From positions 868,001-932,000 of the forward strand of contig NIVC01000094.1 of NCBI GenBank assembly GCA_002269645.1: a DNA stretch of 64,000 nt, given 5' to 3'. The position numbers and the translations under genes are program-made. Shown in pieces: positions 33,500 to 47,700 of the stretch. Source of the DNA: Macrostomum lignano (lineage: Eukaryota). A model generated the notes under the pieces. That model was given only the letters and a program-made list of their open reading frames with translations, was not told the origin of the DNA and did no database searches. The stretch's first letter is position 1. Each line of letters opens with the position of its first letter.

Positions 33500-33845
33500 T
33501 ATTCAGGAGTGCTCAATGTAGTCAGAAGTTCTCAATGTAGTCAAGTCAGGAGTACTCAATTGTAGAAGGCATTAGTGCTCGATGTAGGAGGCATGAGTGC
33601 TCAATCAATTTACAAGTCGTGAGTACTCAATCAATGTACGAGTCAGTAGTGCTCAATGTAGGAGTGCTCAATCAATGTAGGAGTGCTCAACAAATGAAGG
33701 AATCATGAGTGCTCAATGTAGGAGCCAGGAATGCTCAATTTAGAAGTCAGGAGTGCTCAATGTAGCAGTCAAGAGTGCTCAATGTAGGAGCCAGGGATGT
33801 TCGATGTAGAAGTCAGGAGTGCTCAATGTAGCAGGCAGGAGTGCT
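33500..33845. repeat. Degenerate tandem repeat with AGTGCTCAATGT core
   Basis: Core recurs at irregular spacing. Confidence 0.75.
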
Positions 33846-34199
33846 TAACTCAACATTCATACAGCTCACAGCCCAAATACGAAAGAGAATTCTTCTCACT
33901 AAAGCCAAATCTGCAAAACAAGTTTTACTGTGCCACAAAAAGACAGGCGCAGACAGACAAGAAAACACAGCTGAGAAACAAGCAGATGACATGGCTCAGT
34001 AGCTCTTAGAATAGAATTTCGGCACCTGCTGATGCTCTTGGTGCACAGAGGCAAACTATTTACTAAAACTATGGGTAGAAAAAAGAAGTTTGGAAGTGCT
34101 AACGCACTTGTGCAATTCAAGTGGCAGTAATGAAGAAAATAAGCACTCCTAGTTGAAAGAATAGCCAGCCAGACAGTCGGAGATAGAGATGGATACGCA

Positions 34200-34486
<287 letters not shown>

Positions 34487-35450
34487 GAACTGACGTCATT
34501 TCATTAAAAGCAGAAGCTCAGAAGATCAGCCAGAGCCAAGGCGCAGAAAGGAGCAGCGGGTGGGTGAACTCCTCTGTATTTGCAGGGCCACTTAACACCC
34601 GCGAGCCATAAGGTGATTTCACATGGACGCGAAATCGAAGTCAAACAGCTTTTTTGTTTGAGCCGCTTTGAAAAAATACCAGGCCCTTAGCGACTAGAAT
34701 ATTTGGGATAATATCTATCATATATCTAAGGGGAATTCCTCCTCAAACCTCTAAAGTCAACGTCAAGTTGGGAAAAGCACTCAATGACTATAAAGGTGCT
34801 GCCGATGAGCAAGCAATCTTCAACTGAAGACAATAAAGCAATTTAGCCAATTAGTTGTTAGGTGGATTGGCAAACAAGCAATACCAGCAGACACAAGCTC
34901 GGCCCTGTGTGCATAGATATGCATGCCAATTGAGCTCTGCAGGCATGTCACACACAGCGCACACGCGTGAGCCGCCGAGACGTGAGCAGTATTGTTTGCA
35001 CTGTGGGCTCAGTGTTTGTGTGAGACCGGGTCAGCTTGTCCCGCACTGCTCCGAAAAAAGAATTCGCATCCCAAAGCCGATTTCTCGGAGATGACGCGAC
35101 AAACCCATTGGCCCGCCAGCGCCGGCCTTCTCAAACTTCATCTTCAATAAGGCTGATTAAAGGCTGCTCAAAATTCTCGAGATCGCGCGCCCATTGGCTC
35201 GGAGCCGAGTTTGAGTCGGGGGGTGGGGCGCAGCCTCTCCCAGTGCCTCATCAGGCCTGCTCCATTCTCTTCCCGACCGCCCACCCCAACCTGCCGGGCC
35301 AAACGAGAATAATTATTAGAGCGAGCAGGACTCAAATTCGGAAGACACAATAACACAAATTCTCAGCTCAACCGATCTCGCTCTCTCTCGCTCCTGACCA
35401 AAGTTCATCAGTAATCTTAGAAAAACAATAGTGAACCAATATTTATACTA

Positions 35451-38400
35451 ATGCTCGGCGTGGAACCGACTAGCAGATATAGCAATAGCAACAACAACAA
35501 TAGCAGCGGCAGCAATAGCAGCAATACTGACCGCGACGGAAGCGGAATAAGTTATTCGGCAGCTCTGTTTGATAGCAATTGGCCGAAAGAGCCAGCGGTG
35601 CACATGGACTACTACAGCGCTTACTCGCGCGGACAGCAGGTAAGAGCCGACTGTAATCAATTCTACAACAGCTACTCGACAACTATTGCTCTCCGAAATT
35701 AAAAACGAGGTCTGTAGACAAAAAATCTACGGATCCTATAAGTAGCTTTTTTATCCCCGATTCTCCGCACTATAAATCCGTTGCCACCGGTTCCTCAAAC
35801 CTCACTCATTCACTCCTCACTCCTCAAGTTCCCAGCGCACTTGAGCGCCGACTACGCCAAACTTCTGCCAACTTTCACACGCCAATAAAGTTTACAAAAG
35901 AAAGGAGAGAAGAGACGCTCAAGCAAAAGCAACACTTCCCTTTCCTTATATATACGAACCATCGTCTTCAGACGGGAGAAAAGATTGCGATTAAGGTTTG
36001 CGGGTTCTTAAGTGGGCACTCAAAAGCCAAGACCCGAGCTCGGTTGCCGGGTGGGGGCTCTCAGGCTTTGTCTCTCTCTCCCTTCCAATATACTTGTTGA
36101 CTGTATTGCATTGTTAAGAAATCGTCTGAAGTGCCGGGTTGCGACCCAGTTGCGATATAGATTTCAGTATAGCCAATTTTAATTCGCAACATGACATGAT
36201 TGAGAGTGCCACAAGCAATTTAGAAAGGAATTATTCATGACCTCCCAGATTTTGGCATTGATTTCGCAACCGGTATAAAAGCTACGAAATGTCAAACACT
36301 TTGAAAAAGGTCGAAAGGGCGAAAAACAAGAAAAGACAAATTGACTTGTCCGAGTGGACGCACCAATATATGCTAATGGTGCGGGCGGGTCACAACGGCG
36401 CAGTCCTGGCTTGGTGACCGCGCAATCAGTGCCAAAAATGAACTGTTTTGGTACAGATGGACGGCCTATTGTATAACTAATGATGGATAGCCCATTTGCT
36501 AGCATATGCACGTCCAATAACTTCCTTTAATGCCAAACACGCAATTTCGCAGGCCTGGGGTGGCAGCCACTATCCGAGCGCCTACCACAGGGACCAGCAT
36601 CCCAGCCAGCAGCAACACTTGCAGCATCAGCAGCAGCAGCTGGCTTGCTATCCAGCCAGCCAGCAGGCGGTGGCCGCCACGCCGCAGTTTCCGCCCGCCA
36701 GCGCCATCATCGAGCTGCCCGAGATTGGTGGCGGCATCGGTCAGCAGGTTGGCCTCGTCAACAATTCGTCTGGCGGCAGCGCCGGTGGCAGCGGCGGAAC
36801 TGACGCGCCCGGAGGCAGAGGCGGCATGGATGATGGCAGCTGCGTCAAGCACCAGCAGCTCCATCATCATCTGCACCATCAGCAGCACCTGCTGCGCCAT
36901 GGCGCCGGCTCTGGAGCCCCGGCTGGTAGCGGCGGCGTGGCCAAGCTGAAGAAGCCGAAGAAAAAGAAGAAGAGGGACCCGCACGAGCCGCAGAAGCCGG
37001 TGTCCGCCTACGCCATGTTCTTCCGCGACACCCAGTCAAAGATCAAGGCCAAGAAGCCGGACGCCAGCTTCGGCGAGATCAGCAAACTGGTGGCTTCGAT
37101 GTGGGACAATCTCGACCAGGAGGACAAGAATGTGAGTACACCAGCCTTGTTAGAGATCTGATGCTCTCATGTAGTCGGACTTGCGAAGGTCAGCGATTCC
37201 CAGCTCACAGGGTCATAAAAAACTTTATCAAGTCCGATGTCATTAAAGATTAAAAAGCCAGACAGAAAAGCCGCCGACACCAACCATCAAAATCAAGAAA
37301 ACAAAAGACCCGAGGGGATATAAGATATTGGAGAACAAGAATTTGATTGATGATCGAAGCCACGCGACCCATAGACAGGCTTAACAATAGCGAGTCACCC
37401 AACGTCCACTAGCGCCTCATCGCTTCTCATTCAATTTCTAGCTGAGCACACTTGCAATCAGATAAAGCTTTTTTTCGCAGTCCAAGAGGATCAAAACTTC
37501 TTCATCAAGAGTTTTTTTCGTTAAATATTCCTCGGGAATTTGCACGGTCCATAGGAGAGGAAAGGATTTTAAGAGAACAGGATTCCAAGTGGGGATTTCC
37601 GTCTAAGATAGTGTTCAGTTAGACTAAATGCCTAAATCTTTATATGTTGCAATAGGAGAACATTTAAATCCCTTCTCTCTTTCCACGGCTTGTCATCAGA
37701 TCCCAGCCAGTTGATAAGAAAGCAGAGCCCGAACCCATTCAAAATCATATTTTTTTGAACTGATTGGGGAAATGCTTGAAAGACACGGCTAGGTTGCAGT
37801 CGGCATTTGGGATCGTCGAAATCGTTTCTTGCAACACTACTATTGCAATTATATAAATGAACAGGGAAGGTTTCAATTTGAATCGTTTGAACTGGCTACA
37901 CTGTTACATAAATACTATAGTAGCAGGGATTAATAAAAATTCTCATTGCTTTAAAAGCCCTTGCAACGGTTCCACCTTAGAGACAAGCAATAAACACAAT
38001 TATAAGAACATCTATAGACCAGCCAAAGCATTTTAATAGCTTAAAAGCAGAAAAGGCATACAAGCAAGTTAACAATTGCTTTAGAGAAGAAAATAAAACT
38101 TGTCGAGCAGAGCAGACAGGCGCGCGCATCAGAGATGGGAGCGGACAGATAAGCTGCACCCGCTGTTAAGGCACACGTGTCCTCAGTCTGATTTCAAGCC
38201 CCCGAGACCGCTAATAAAACTCGAGAGGGCACGGAGCTTTGAGCTTTGAGCCGTTCAGCTCCAGAATCATCGCTGGAGTGATAGGGATCTCAGGCTAGTT
38301 TGCAGAAGCAGTCTGCGGCTCCAGGCATCCTGGGCGCCCGAGGGGGGGGGGAGATGACAGAGAGAGAGCGCGCCATAAAGTCGGTCGCTGTTTATTGCTG

Positions 38401-41400
38401 GAGGAGATTCCAGGCCAACTGCAACAACTAACGGCATTGTTCGATATCTATACTAAAGCAATCGAGTCTTCTAGAAGCTTACCTGTACACACAGGTATCT
38501 TCTCCCAGGGGCTGCTTAGGTTTCAGGGGGAAATTCAGTCAGACGAGGCTCAATAGGCAAGCCTTCCTAATTATCCCATAGGGAGCAGTTTCGAAATCAA
38601 AGCTCAGTAGTGCAGTGCTCCCCCCCCCCAATTTGGCAATCAGTTTGCGCACGGTTCGCTGAACTCACCAGCAGGGAGCTCACTTAATTCCCAATGGAGT
38701 CATTATTTAATCTGAAGAGACACACGCGCGCGCACAACTCAAGACAAAGCTGACGCAAGAAAATTAGCAATATAAAATACGCTCGTACAGCTAGAGTGTA
38801 AAAAATTGATTAGAGGCTAAACACGTAGTAGTCAACATTGCCAAGTCAATCTGTCTCAAACAACAACAAATGCCAATTGCAGACAGGCAAGCGCGCACGC
38901 CAATTGCGCTCACTACACTGCCATAGCTGTGCCAGTCACAGGAATCGCTTGAAGAAGAACAGAAGGAGGAAAGGCTAGAGGGAGAGAGAAAACTCTTCAG
39001 GCATTCAGCATCGCGCTATAGGGCCGTCCTGTCAATCTATCCTCATCATTCATTTTTCTTTTCCTATTTCTCTAACAGCGCATTCTCCAATTGAGGCTAA
39101 ACTTCAGCCACAATATCTCTAGGCCGCACTACCAGTGCAGGCTGGTGGGACAAATAGCCGGTGAGCAGCTAGAAAAGTTTGCTAGAGTTGTGCGCGGACA
39201 AGTTGCCAGGCAAAACTGTTTGCTTGAGGCCCGGACGGGGGGGAGGGAAAGTGGTCGGTTGAAGAGCACGCCAAAGTAAAGAAGGAGAGGGGAGGATTTC
39301 CCAACGCATCATAAAGCAGTGACAGACAAAAAAGTGGACGGCAGAGGCGACGGCGGGAGAAGCGACTGTTGAGCCGATGACAGACAGGCGAGCTTGACTT
39401 GACAAAAAGTCCCCCCCCCAAGGTTGTCAATAATGCAAAACATTTTCATGGCTTGGGTTGCAGAATCTAAAAAATTCGATCCCAGCAAACTTTTTTTGTT
39501 GCGAAAAACTGTTGCTCAAGAGGCCGTTATTGCTGATGCAAGCGTGGCTAAATGCACCTCTTCTGATGAAAACACTGAGCTGATAAATTACTATGGCTAA
39601 AAATATTGGCCGTCTCGAATGTAAGCCAATAATTACAGTAGGAAATTGAAAGCACAACTCAGAAGTGAATTTAGAATCGTCCACTCTGCCCCTCCAAACT
39701 CTTCATTGCTGCTGCTGCTGCGTTGGCTGAACAGCAACGCGGCGCACGCAGCTGGGACGGGTCAGGGAGTGGCGAGAGAAAGTGTGAATAAATAATCAGC
39801 TTCCACCAGGTGGCAGGCGGCAGATTACAACAACCGAAGCCTGCAGGGAAGAGAAGACAGAGTGTGTGGGGGATGAGAGCGGGCTCGGCGTCTTCACCTT
39901 CAGTGCTCTGCTTCCCAAAGCGCGCTTTCAACGAAATCCCTCAGAAGCATTCCAAATCGCAAGCCACTCATCTCTCAGCTGCAACTATAACGCTATAACA
40001 AGCTATATAAAATTGGTTTACGAATTCTAGTTGAAGTATATATATAAAACACACGATCCTGCGAGACAGGGACCAGCACTGAGCTGCGCTCCTGTTGTTG
40101 CTGCTGCCGCCCCAGCATTGCCCGCATCAAGGACAAAACAGACGCTGAATCTTTAGCACTTCCATTTGACAAAAGCGACTTGAATTTTTTCTGTGCCAGA
40201 TGACCAGTCAGAATTGAATTGGCCGTGTTGTGCCAGCAAAGCTTTGCTGACAAATAAAAATATTATAATTGGTTGCGCTTCCCAATCCAATGACCCTTGA
40301 CAAAGTTAACTCTGCTTTTTACGCACAGCGGGAGATTTTTCAGGCAATAAGACTGGGCTCTGGGCCTTCAATTAGGGAGTCGGAGAATAATAAATAGACT
40401 TGCAAAGTCTTTCCAGTTTCTCTCTCACTCCTGCAGCCCTCAATTTCTTGTTTCAATAAATCAGCCACAATGAATGGACGCCACCCCCCCCCCCAAGACA
40501 GTCAGACATTCAATTGAAGAGAACAATTGAATCCCAGATGCAGACTCCCAATGCCCAATCCCGCATATTCCCTCCAAACACTGGGACGACATCGTGGAGA
40601 ATTCCCACAGACACCGAAAACGCGTCGCAGCATTGTGGCAAAAGCAGACAACTTTTCTAAATTGTTTTTTTTCTCTCTTTCCTATTCAATCACTTCTCTC
40701 TCGATTACTCACGCACACTTCACGGATGCGGGCCGATTCACACGGCCACCTAAGTACCAAATTAGTCAATTCCAATATCCAAACTGAACACTATCGATAT
40801 ATGTATTTATTATGTCACGCACACGCAGGACTACAAGAAGCGAACTGAGACGGCCAAGAAGGAGTACCTGAGGAAGCTGGCAGCCTACAAGGCCCGCATG
40901 GTGTCAATGGTAAGCGGATACCGGATGCAAACTGCATCTTGAAATTAAATGCTTGAATTTGATTCTGAAACTTATATGCCTTGCAGGAAACTCCGCTCGG
41001 CTACGGAAATGCCACCACCTACATCGACCTGGGCTACTATCAACAACCGGGATTCGCGCAGAGGCATTCGTATTACCAGCAGCAGCAGCAGCAGCCACAA
41101 CATCAGCATCCTCAGCCTCACCAGCAAAGCCACATATCGCAACCACAGCAGCAGCCGCAGCATCCCGCCGTGATGGCCAATCAGCATCATTCCGCTTACA
41201 GCTATCACCATCAGCAGCATCATCAGCACCTCCAGCATCAGCAGGCCATGCAGCAGCATCAGCAGCAGATGCATCAGGCCATGATGTACTACCCTAATCC
41301 GGTGGCCAGTCCGACTGATACTGGTGCAGGCATGATGGTGAGCAATGAGTTAATGGGATAATAAATGGCATTCCACGGCCTATGGCCTTCTTATTCCATG

Positions 41401-43478
41401 TCTCCATGGGTTTGGTATTCCATGTCTCCATGGGTTTGGTATTCCATGTCTCCATGGGTTTGGTATTCCATGTCTCCATGGCTTTGGTATTCCATGTCTC
41501 CATGGGTTTGGTATTCCATGTCTCCATGGGTTTGGTATTCCATGTCTCCATGGGTTTGGTATTCCATGTCTCCATGGCTTTGGTATTCCATGTCTCCATG
41601 GGTTTGGTATTCCATGTCTCCATGGGTTTGGTATTCCATGTCTCCATGGCTTTGGTATTCCATGTCTCCATGGGTTTGGTATTCCATGTCTCCATGGGTT
41701 TGGTATTCCATGTCTCCATGGGTTTGGTATTCCATGTCTCCATGGCTTTGGTATTCCATGTCTCCATGGCTTTGGTATTCCATGTCTCCATGGGTTTGAT
41801 ATTCCATGTCTCCATGGCTTTGGTATTTTATGGCTCCATGGCTTTGATATTCCATGTCTCCATGGCTTTGGTATTTTATGGCTCCATGGCTTTGGTATTC
41901 CTACTCTGAACCGATTACCCAATTCTTTAAATTCACAGGCTGGCGAAGACTTAAATCAGCAGCAGCAACATCTTCAGCAACAGCAGGCTCGCAACCACTA
42001 TCCGGCTGTCGGCGGACACTGCGGCTACTCCGCCCAGCTTCAGCAGCACCACATGCAGCACCAACAGCATCCAATTCAAATGCATCACCAGCAGCAGCAC
42101 ATGCAGCAGCATCACGGATACGGCCAACAACAGCAACATCAGCAGCTAGACGCCTCCGGCTACCAGCAGGGACAACAAGCGGCCAGCATTCCTTCGCCAA
42201 CTGCAAGCGCGGACACGCCGAGCGGCGACAGCAGCAGCAACTGCCAGGCTACTCCACAGGCGGCCTCGTCGCCAGCCTCCACTATAATGCATCACCAGCA
42301 GCAGCAGCAGCAGCAAGGCTTGACAATGCCAACCGGAATTGGGGGAACAACTTGGTGCCAGCCGTTGAAGAAGGCCGACGACGCCTACCCGGCACCCGTC
42401 GGCGGCGAGGATGGGGGAGGAGCGGCGCAACTTCGGTGAGGACTGAAGCGGATTCTCAGATACAATTTCTGGTATCGATTGGTTTAGGGCGATTCTCGGG
42501 ATTGGTTTAGAGCGATTCTCAGGATTGGTTTAGAGCGATTCTCAGGGTTGGTTTAGAGCGATTCTCAGGGTTGGTTTAGAGCGATTCTCAGGGTTGGTTT
42601 AGAGCGATTCTCAGGGTTGGTTTAAAGCGATTCTCAGGGTTGGTTTAAAGCGATTCTCAGGATTGGTTTAGAGCAATTCTCAGGGTTGGTTTAGAGCGAT
42701 TCTCAGGGTTGGTTTAGAGCAATTCTCAGGATTGGTTTAGAGCGATTCTCAGGGTTGGTTTAGAGCGATTCTCAAGATTGGTTTAGAGCGATTCTCAGGA
42801 TTGGTTTAGAGCAATTCTCAGGGTTGGTTTAGAGCAATTCTCAGGGTTGATTTAGAGCGATTCTCAGGGTTGATTTAGAGCAATTCTCAGGGTTGGTTTA
42901 GAGCGATTCTCAAGATTGGTTTAGAGCGATTCTCAGGGTTGGTTTAGAGCGATTCTCAGGGTTGGTTTAGAGCGATTCTCAGGGTTGATTTAGAGCGATT
43001 ATCAGGGTTGATTTAGAGCAATTCTCAGGGTTGGTTTAGAGCGATTCTCAAGATTGGTTTAGAGCGATTCTCAGGATTGGTTTAGAGCAATTCTCAGGGT
43101 TGATTTAGAGCGATTCTCAGGATTGGTTTAGAGCAATTCTCAGGGTTGATTTAGAGCGATTCTCAGGATTGGTTTAGAGCAATTCTCAGGGTTGATTTAG
43201 AGCGATTCTTAAGATTGGTTTAGAGCGACTCTTAGGGTTGGTTTAGAGCGATTCTCGAACATGGTTGGGGGGGGATTCTGGAAACAAAAATTAACCTTGC
43301 CTTGGATTAATTTTAAACAAATAAAATTATTTGTGCTACATCTGCTTTTAGCCTACTAGCAGTAGACACAATTTCATATTATTCACCGCTATCCAATTGC
43401 AGGGATATGTACGCCTACTGGATGGGGCGGCAGGAGGCGCCGGCAGCTCAGGACAGCTTCAGTGAAGCGGTCATGTGA
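35451..43478 (+). CDS. TOX: TOX-family HMG-box transcription factor, ~590 aa, Gln/His-rich. Exons 35451-35639, 36553-37131, 40829-40909, 40987-41337, 41939-42435, 43403-43478
   Basis: [52 protein letters not shown] joined to [21 protein letters not shown] matches the TOX HMG box. All six exons have GT-AG ends and matching phases (1773 nt including TGA). The first exon is the least certain. Confidence 0.88.
41392..41900. repeat. 24-bp minisatellite (CCATGTCTCCATGGGTTTGGTATT)n in TOX intron 4
   Basis: About 20 units. Confidence 0.95.
42475..43258. repeat. 23-bp minisatellite (GATTCTCAGGGTTGGTTTAGAGC)n in TOX intron 5
   Basis: About 34 units. Confidence 0.95.
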
Positions 43479-44738
43479 GATGATGGCGATGAAACAACCC
43501 AGCAGCGCCCACGCCTGCGCACAGTTTCACTTTCTCTCTGTCGTCCTCATCGGAGATCCTGCGCCAGGAGATCCCAGCCTCATCCGCATTGTCCAGCACT
43601 CAGTGACTCAATTTAGAGAATGAATCAAATTCACAAAACAGACCCCACCGCCCGGAGACAGCCAAGTCTCAAACCACTGAAGAAAGAGAGTCAATGTTTT
43701 CATTTTTTACTTTCTATGCGTTTCCAATGCTTGCATGTTGCACTGGTTTGGCTGCGTTTTGAAAATTTATATATTTAGTTGTTTTAAAATCAACAAAATT
43801 TCCCAATCAATTCCTCAGCATCCTATCGTTTGTTGATAAACTTCAGAGCAAAGTACACTGCAAACTTTTCTATATCTATCAAACCTGTAATTTTCGTTTG
43901 ACTTAAACCCTTGACAAAGGCGAGATTCCCTCCCCAGCCATGGTTTCCTCGCGCGCATTGGAATCTGTATTGTTACTTATTTTTCTCTCCTGCAACTCGC
44001 TGCTTGTTTCTTGAATGACAGATTTGTTTCCACTGTGTTTTGCCGCTCCTATGCGAAAGCAGAGAGTTTGCAAAAAACACCTCTTTCTCATGCCCGAAAA
44101 TTAAAACAAAGCAATTTTCTAATCTACATGTAGCTATGTAAATATATTTAGTGGCTACTGCTGCGACGATAGCAGTAGTAGTGTGACGCGCGCATTGAAA
44201 TGAAAAAAACGAATAAAACGAAACAATTTAAACGGTAAAAATGACTCTTTCTGGTTTTTAAATCATCACACAGATTTCAATTTAAAATCTCTCTTCAAAA
44301 TGCTTTGAAAATAATTTCCCACCTTAGAACACTATGGAGAATATGATTGTTTAGAAGATCCAAATCAGTGTTTTTCTGAGCATCGACTCATGCAGATATG
44401 TTCTATAACCCGAGAAAACGGTATCTAGGCCAAGGTCGTATCAGAGTCGCTTCAAACACAGGTAAAGTTTTATTGTTTTATTGTCTGGAGTCGATGCAGT
44501 CTCTGAGTCGCTTTGTAATAAGTGAAAGGCATGCGCGAGGAGGCTCACATTGAAAAAGTTTACTGTTCACACGTTCTTTACTTACTACTCGTTTAGTAAG
44601 CGATATATGACATGTTTTTTTAATAAGAAAACTTTCTCGCTTCCAAAATAGCAGAGCTGCTTTGCAGGTTTTGCAGGATTTCATTTAACTATAATCTGAA
44701 CCGTGCATTGCGCGATCGGAAAAAAGATGCTGGCTCAC

Positions 44739-47700
44739 CTCATCCCTAGTTGTGCCGGCAAACATATAGAGCCTAGCCAGCTCCTTCATCAGGGTCACTG
44801 GGAATTCTGGCGAGTTGACAAATACATTCGAACGCTCGCGGTCGCTGGACTCTTCGGCTAGCAACTCCTTGGAGCAGAGTCTGAGCAGGGGATGGGTCAT
44901 TTTTAATGGGTAATTCTGAGATAGATAGGTAGTCAAAATTCATTTGGAGTTATATTTCATATCGATTAACTACAATAAACTAGCAGAATTGAATTCACTA
45001 AAGACCTAAGTACTTAATTTAGTGTCAATGCACTTTATTGAGTACTCTTTAAGGATACGATGAAGTGGCAGCAGAAGGGGTCGTAGCCTAGCTAGGGGTT
45101 GTAGGCTAGCTAGGGGTTGTAACCTAGCTAGGGGTTGTAGCCTGGCTAGGGGTTGTTGGCTAGCTAGGGGTTGTAGGCTAGCTAGGGGTTGTAGGCTAGC
45201 TAGGGGTTGTAGGCTAGCTAGGGGTTGTAGGCTAGCTAGGGGTTGTAGCCTAGCTAGGGGTTGTAGGCTAGCTAGGGGTTGTAGGCTAGCTAGGGGTTGT
45301 AGGCTAGCTAGGGGTTGTAGCCTAGCTAGGGGTTGTAGCCTAGCTAGGGGTTGTAGGCTAGCTAGGGGTTGTAGCCTAGCTAGGGGTTGTAGGCTAGCTA
45401 GGAGTTGTAGCCTAGCTAGGGGTTGTAGGCTAGCTAGGGGTTGTTGGCTAGCTAGGGGTTGTAGCCTAGCTAGGGGTTGTAGGCTAGCTAGGGGTTGTTG
45501 GCTAGCTAGGGGTTGTTGGCTAGCTAGGGGTTGTAGGCTAGCTAGGGGTTGTTGGCTAGCTAGGGGTTGTTGGCTAGCTAGGGGTTGTTGGCTAGCTAGG
45601 GGTTGTTGGCTAGCTAGGGGTTGTTGGCTAGCTAGGGGTTGTTGGCTAGCTAGGGGTTGTTGGCTAGCTACGGGTTGTAGCCTAGCTACGGGTTGTAGGC
45701 TAGCTAGGGGTTGTAGGCTAGCTAGGGGTTGTTGGCTAGCTAGGGGTTGTAGGCTAGCTAGGGGTTGTTGGCTAGCTAGGGTTTGTAGGCTAGCTAGGGG
45801 TTGTAGGCTAGCTAGGGGTTGTTGGCTAGCTAGGGGTTGTTGGCTAGCTAGGGGTTGTTGGCTAGCTAGGGGTTGTTGGCTAGCTAGGGGTTGTTGGCTA
45901 GCTAGGGGTTGTTGGCTAGCTAGGGGTTGTTGGCTAGCTAGGGGTTGTTGGCTAGCTAGGGGTTGTTGGCTAGTGGTTAGAGCGTCGGACTCACGACTGA
46001 AAGGTCGGGAGTTCGATTCTCGCTCCACTCGGAACAATTTGTGTCCTTGAGCAAGACACTTAACTCTGCATTGCTTCAGTTCACCCAGCTGTAAAATGGG
46101 TGCCAGCATTAGCTGGGGTATTTGAGGGTTATCTGGCGACCCCCAGTCCGTGTACTGAACAGCCGTACGCAGCCTTCAACTGCGGCTGAGCTGTCGGTTG
46201 CACATTTGCCCATTAGGACAGGTGTATTAAATTATTATTATTATTATTAACGATACAGAAGTGATCATTGCAGAGGTCAGGTATCATATGAAGGTTAGTG
46301 CATGCAAAGCCGGGTCAAATAAGAGAGCTAGGATTGTAAATTAATCTCTCCATAAACGGATGGAGAGACAGAAGACGGTAGAGAAAGAGATGGAGAAGGG
46401 AAGGGGAGAAAAGGGAGAGAGGGAGAAAGAGAGAAGTCAATGCGCAATCAGCTTTAATAACGAAAATGGAATCCAAATTTTTATTGTACAACTAAAGTTT
46501 TGCAGATTGATTACCGATATGTATCGAAAATAACTTCTACCACTAAGGATAGCAGAGCAGCGCAACCAACCTGGCCGGATCAACGGCGCCAACGATGCCC
46601 AGACAGGCGGCCAGGGCGCGGGACAGCCTGGCGTCGGCGCAGACCTTCGGCGCCAGCGCCACAAGCCGGCCGAGCAGGGAGGACAGGGCGGGCAGCAGGC
46701 CGCCCCCGGTGGCCGCCTGCTCGTACAGCAGGTCGGCACTGGACTGCAGGATGCGCTGCAGTTTTGCCAGGGCCAGCTGGCGCAGGTCTTTGTTCTCTTG
46801 GCCGACGCTGTTGAGGGCGTTGCGTAGGCGGCCTTCCAAATCGCTGGAGGGACGATTTCGGGTTGGTTTGGTTTGGGATTTTTTCAAGGCAGAGCGTATG
46901 AAGGTAACTACTGTGAGTAGCGCGTAATGAAATATTAAGAAAAAAATATTCTAATTCATAATAGCTTAAATTCCAGTAACATTGAAATGCTTTACTTTGG
47001 TTTCTTAAAACTCATTTTTAAATTTATTTTTCAAACCCCAAAATTACTTCCACAATTTACAATCCCCACACTTCACTAACCCTTTGATTTCCGATCTAAC
47101 GTTATATGAGCAATTTTTACAATTCCTACACTTCACGATCCCTAAACCCCACGATCCCCACACTTTACGATCCCCAAACCCCACGATCCCCACACGTAGC
47201 GATCCCCACACGTCGCGATCCCCACACGTCGCGATCCCAACACGTCCCAATTCCCACACTTCGCGATCCCCACACTTCGCGATCCCCACACTTCGCGATC
47301 CCCACACTTCACGATCCCCACACTTCACGATCCCCACACTTCGCGATCCCCACACTTCACGATCCCCACACGTCCCAATCCCCACACTTCACGATCCCCA
47401 CACTTCGCGATCCCCACACTTCACGATCCCCATACGTCACGATCCCCACACTTCACGATCCCCATACGTCACAAGCCCCACACTTCACGATCCCTACAAG
47501 TCACAATCCCACACCTTCCAACTACAACAGAAGGCTCACCTAGGCGTGGCCTTCTCAATCTCGGCTTGGACAAGTTTAAATCGCTCACTAGTACAGTTTA
47601 TCGAGTCCAGAAAGTGCAGACAGGCGATGGAGTCCTTGGTTACGGCGCTGGAGTATCGAGAAAAAGGAAATTTAGTCTGAGTCCAATATTAAATCACTAA

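Noticed and set aside
42475-43258. Telomere-like look of the 23-bp array (TTTAGGG in the first unit)
   Set aside because: There is no run of TTAGGG hexamers, and the period is 23.
45959-46035. Possible tRNA gene
   Set aside because: The anticodon and acceptor stems pair poorly, and the sequence continues into a SINE body with a tail and a second copy.
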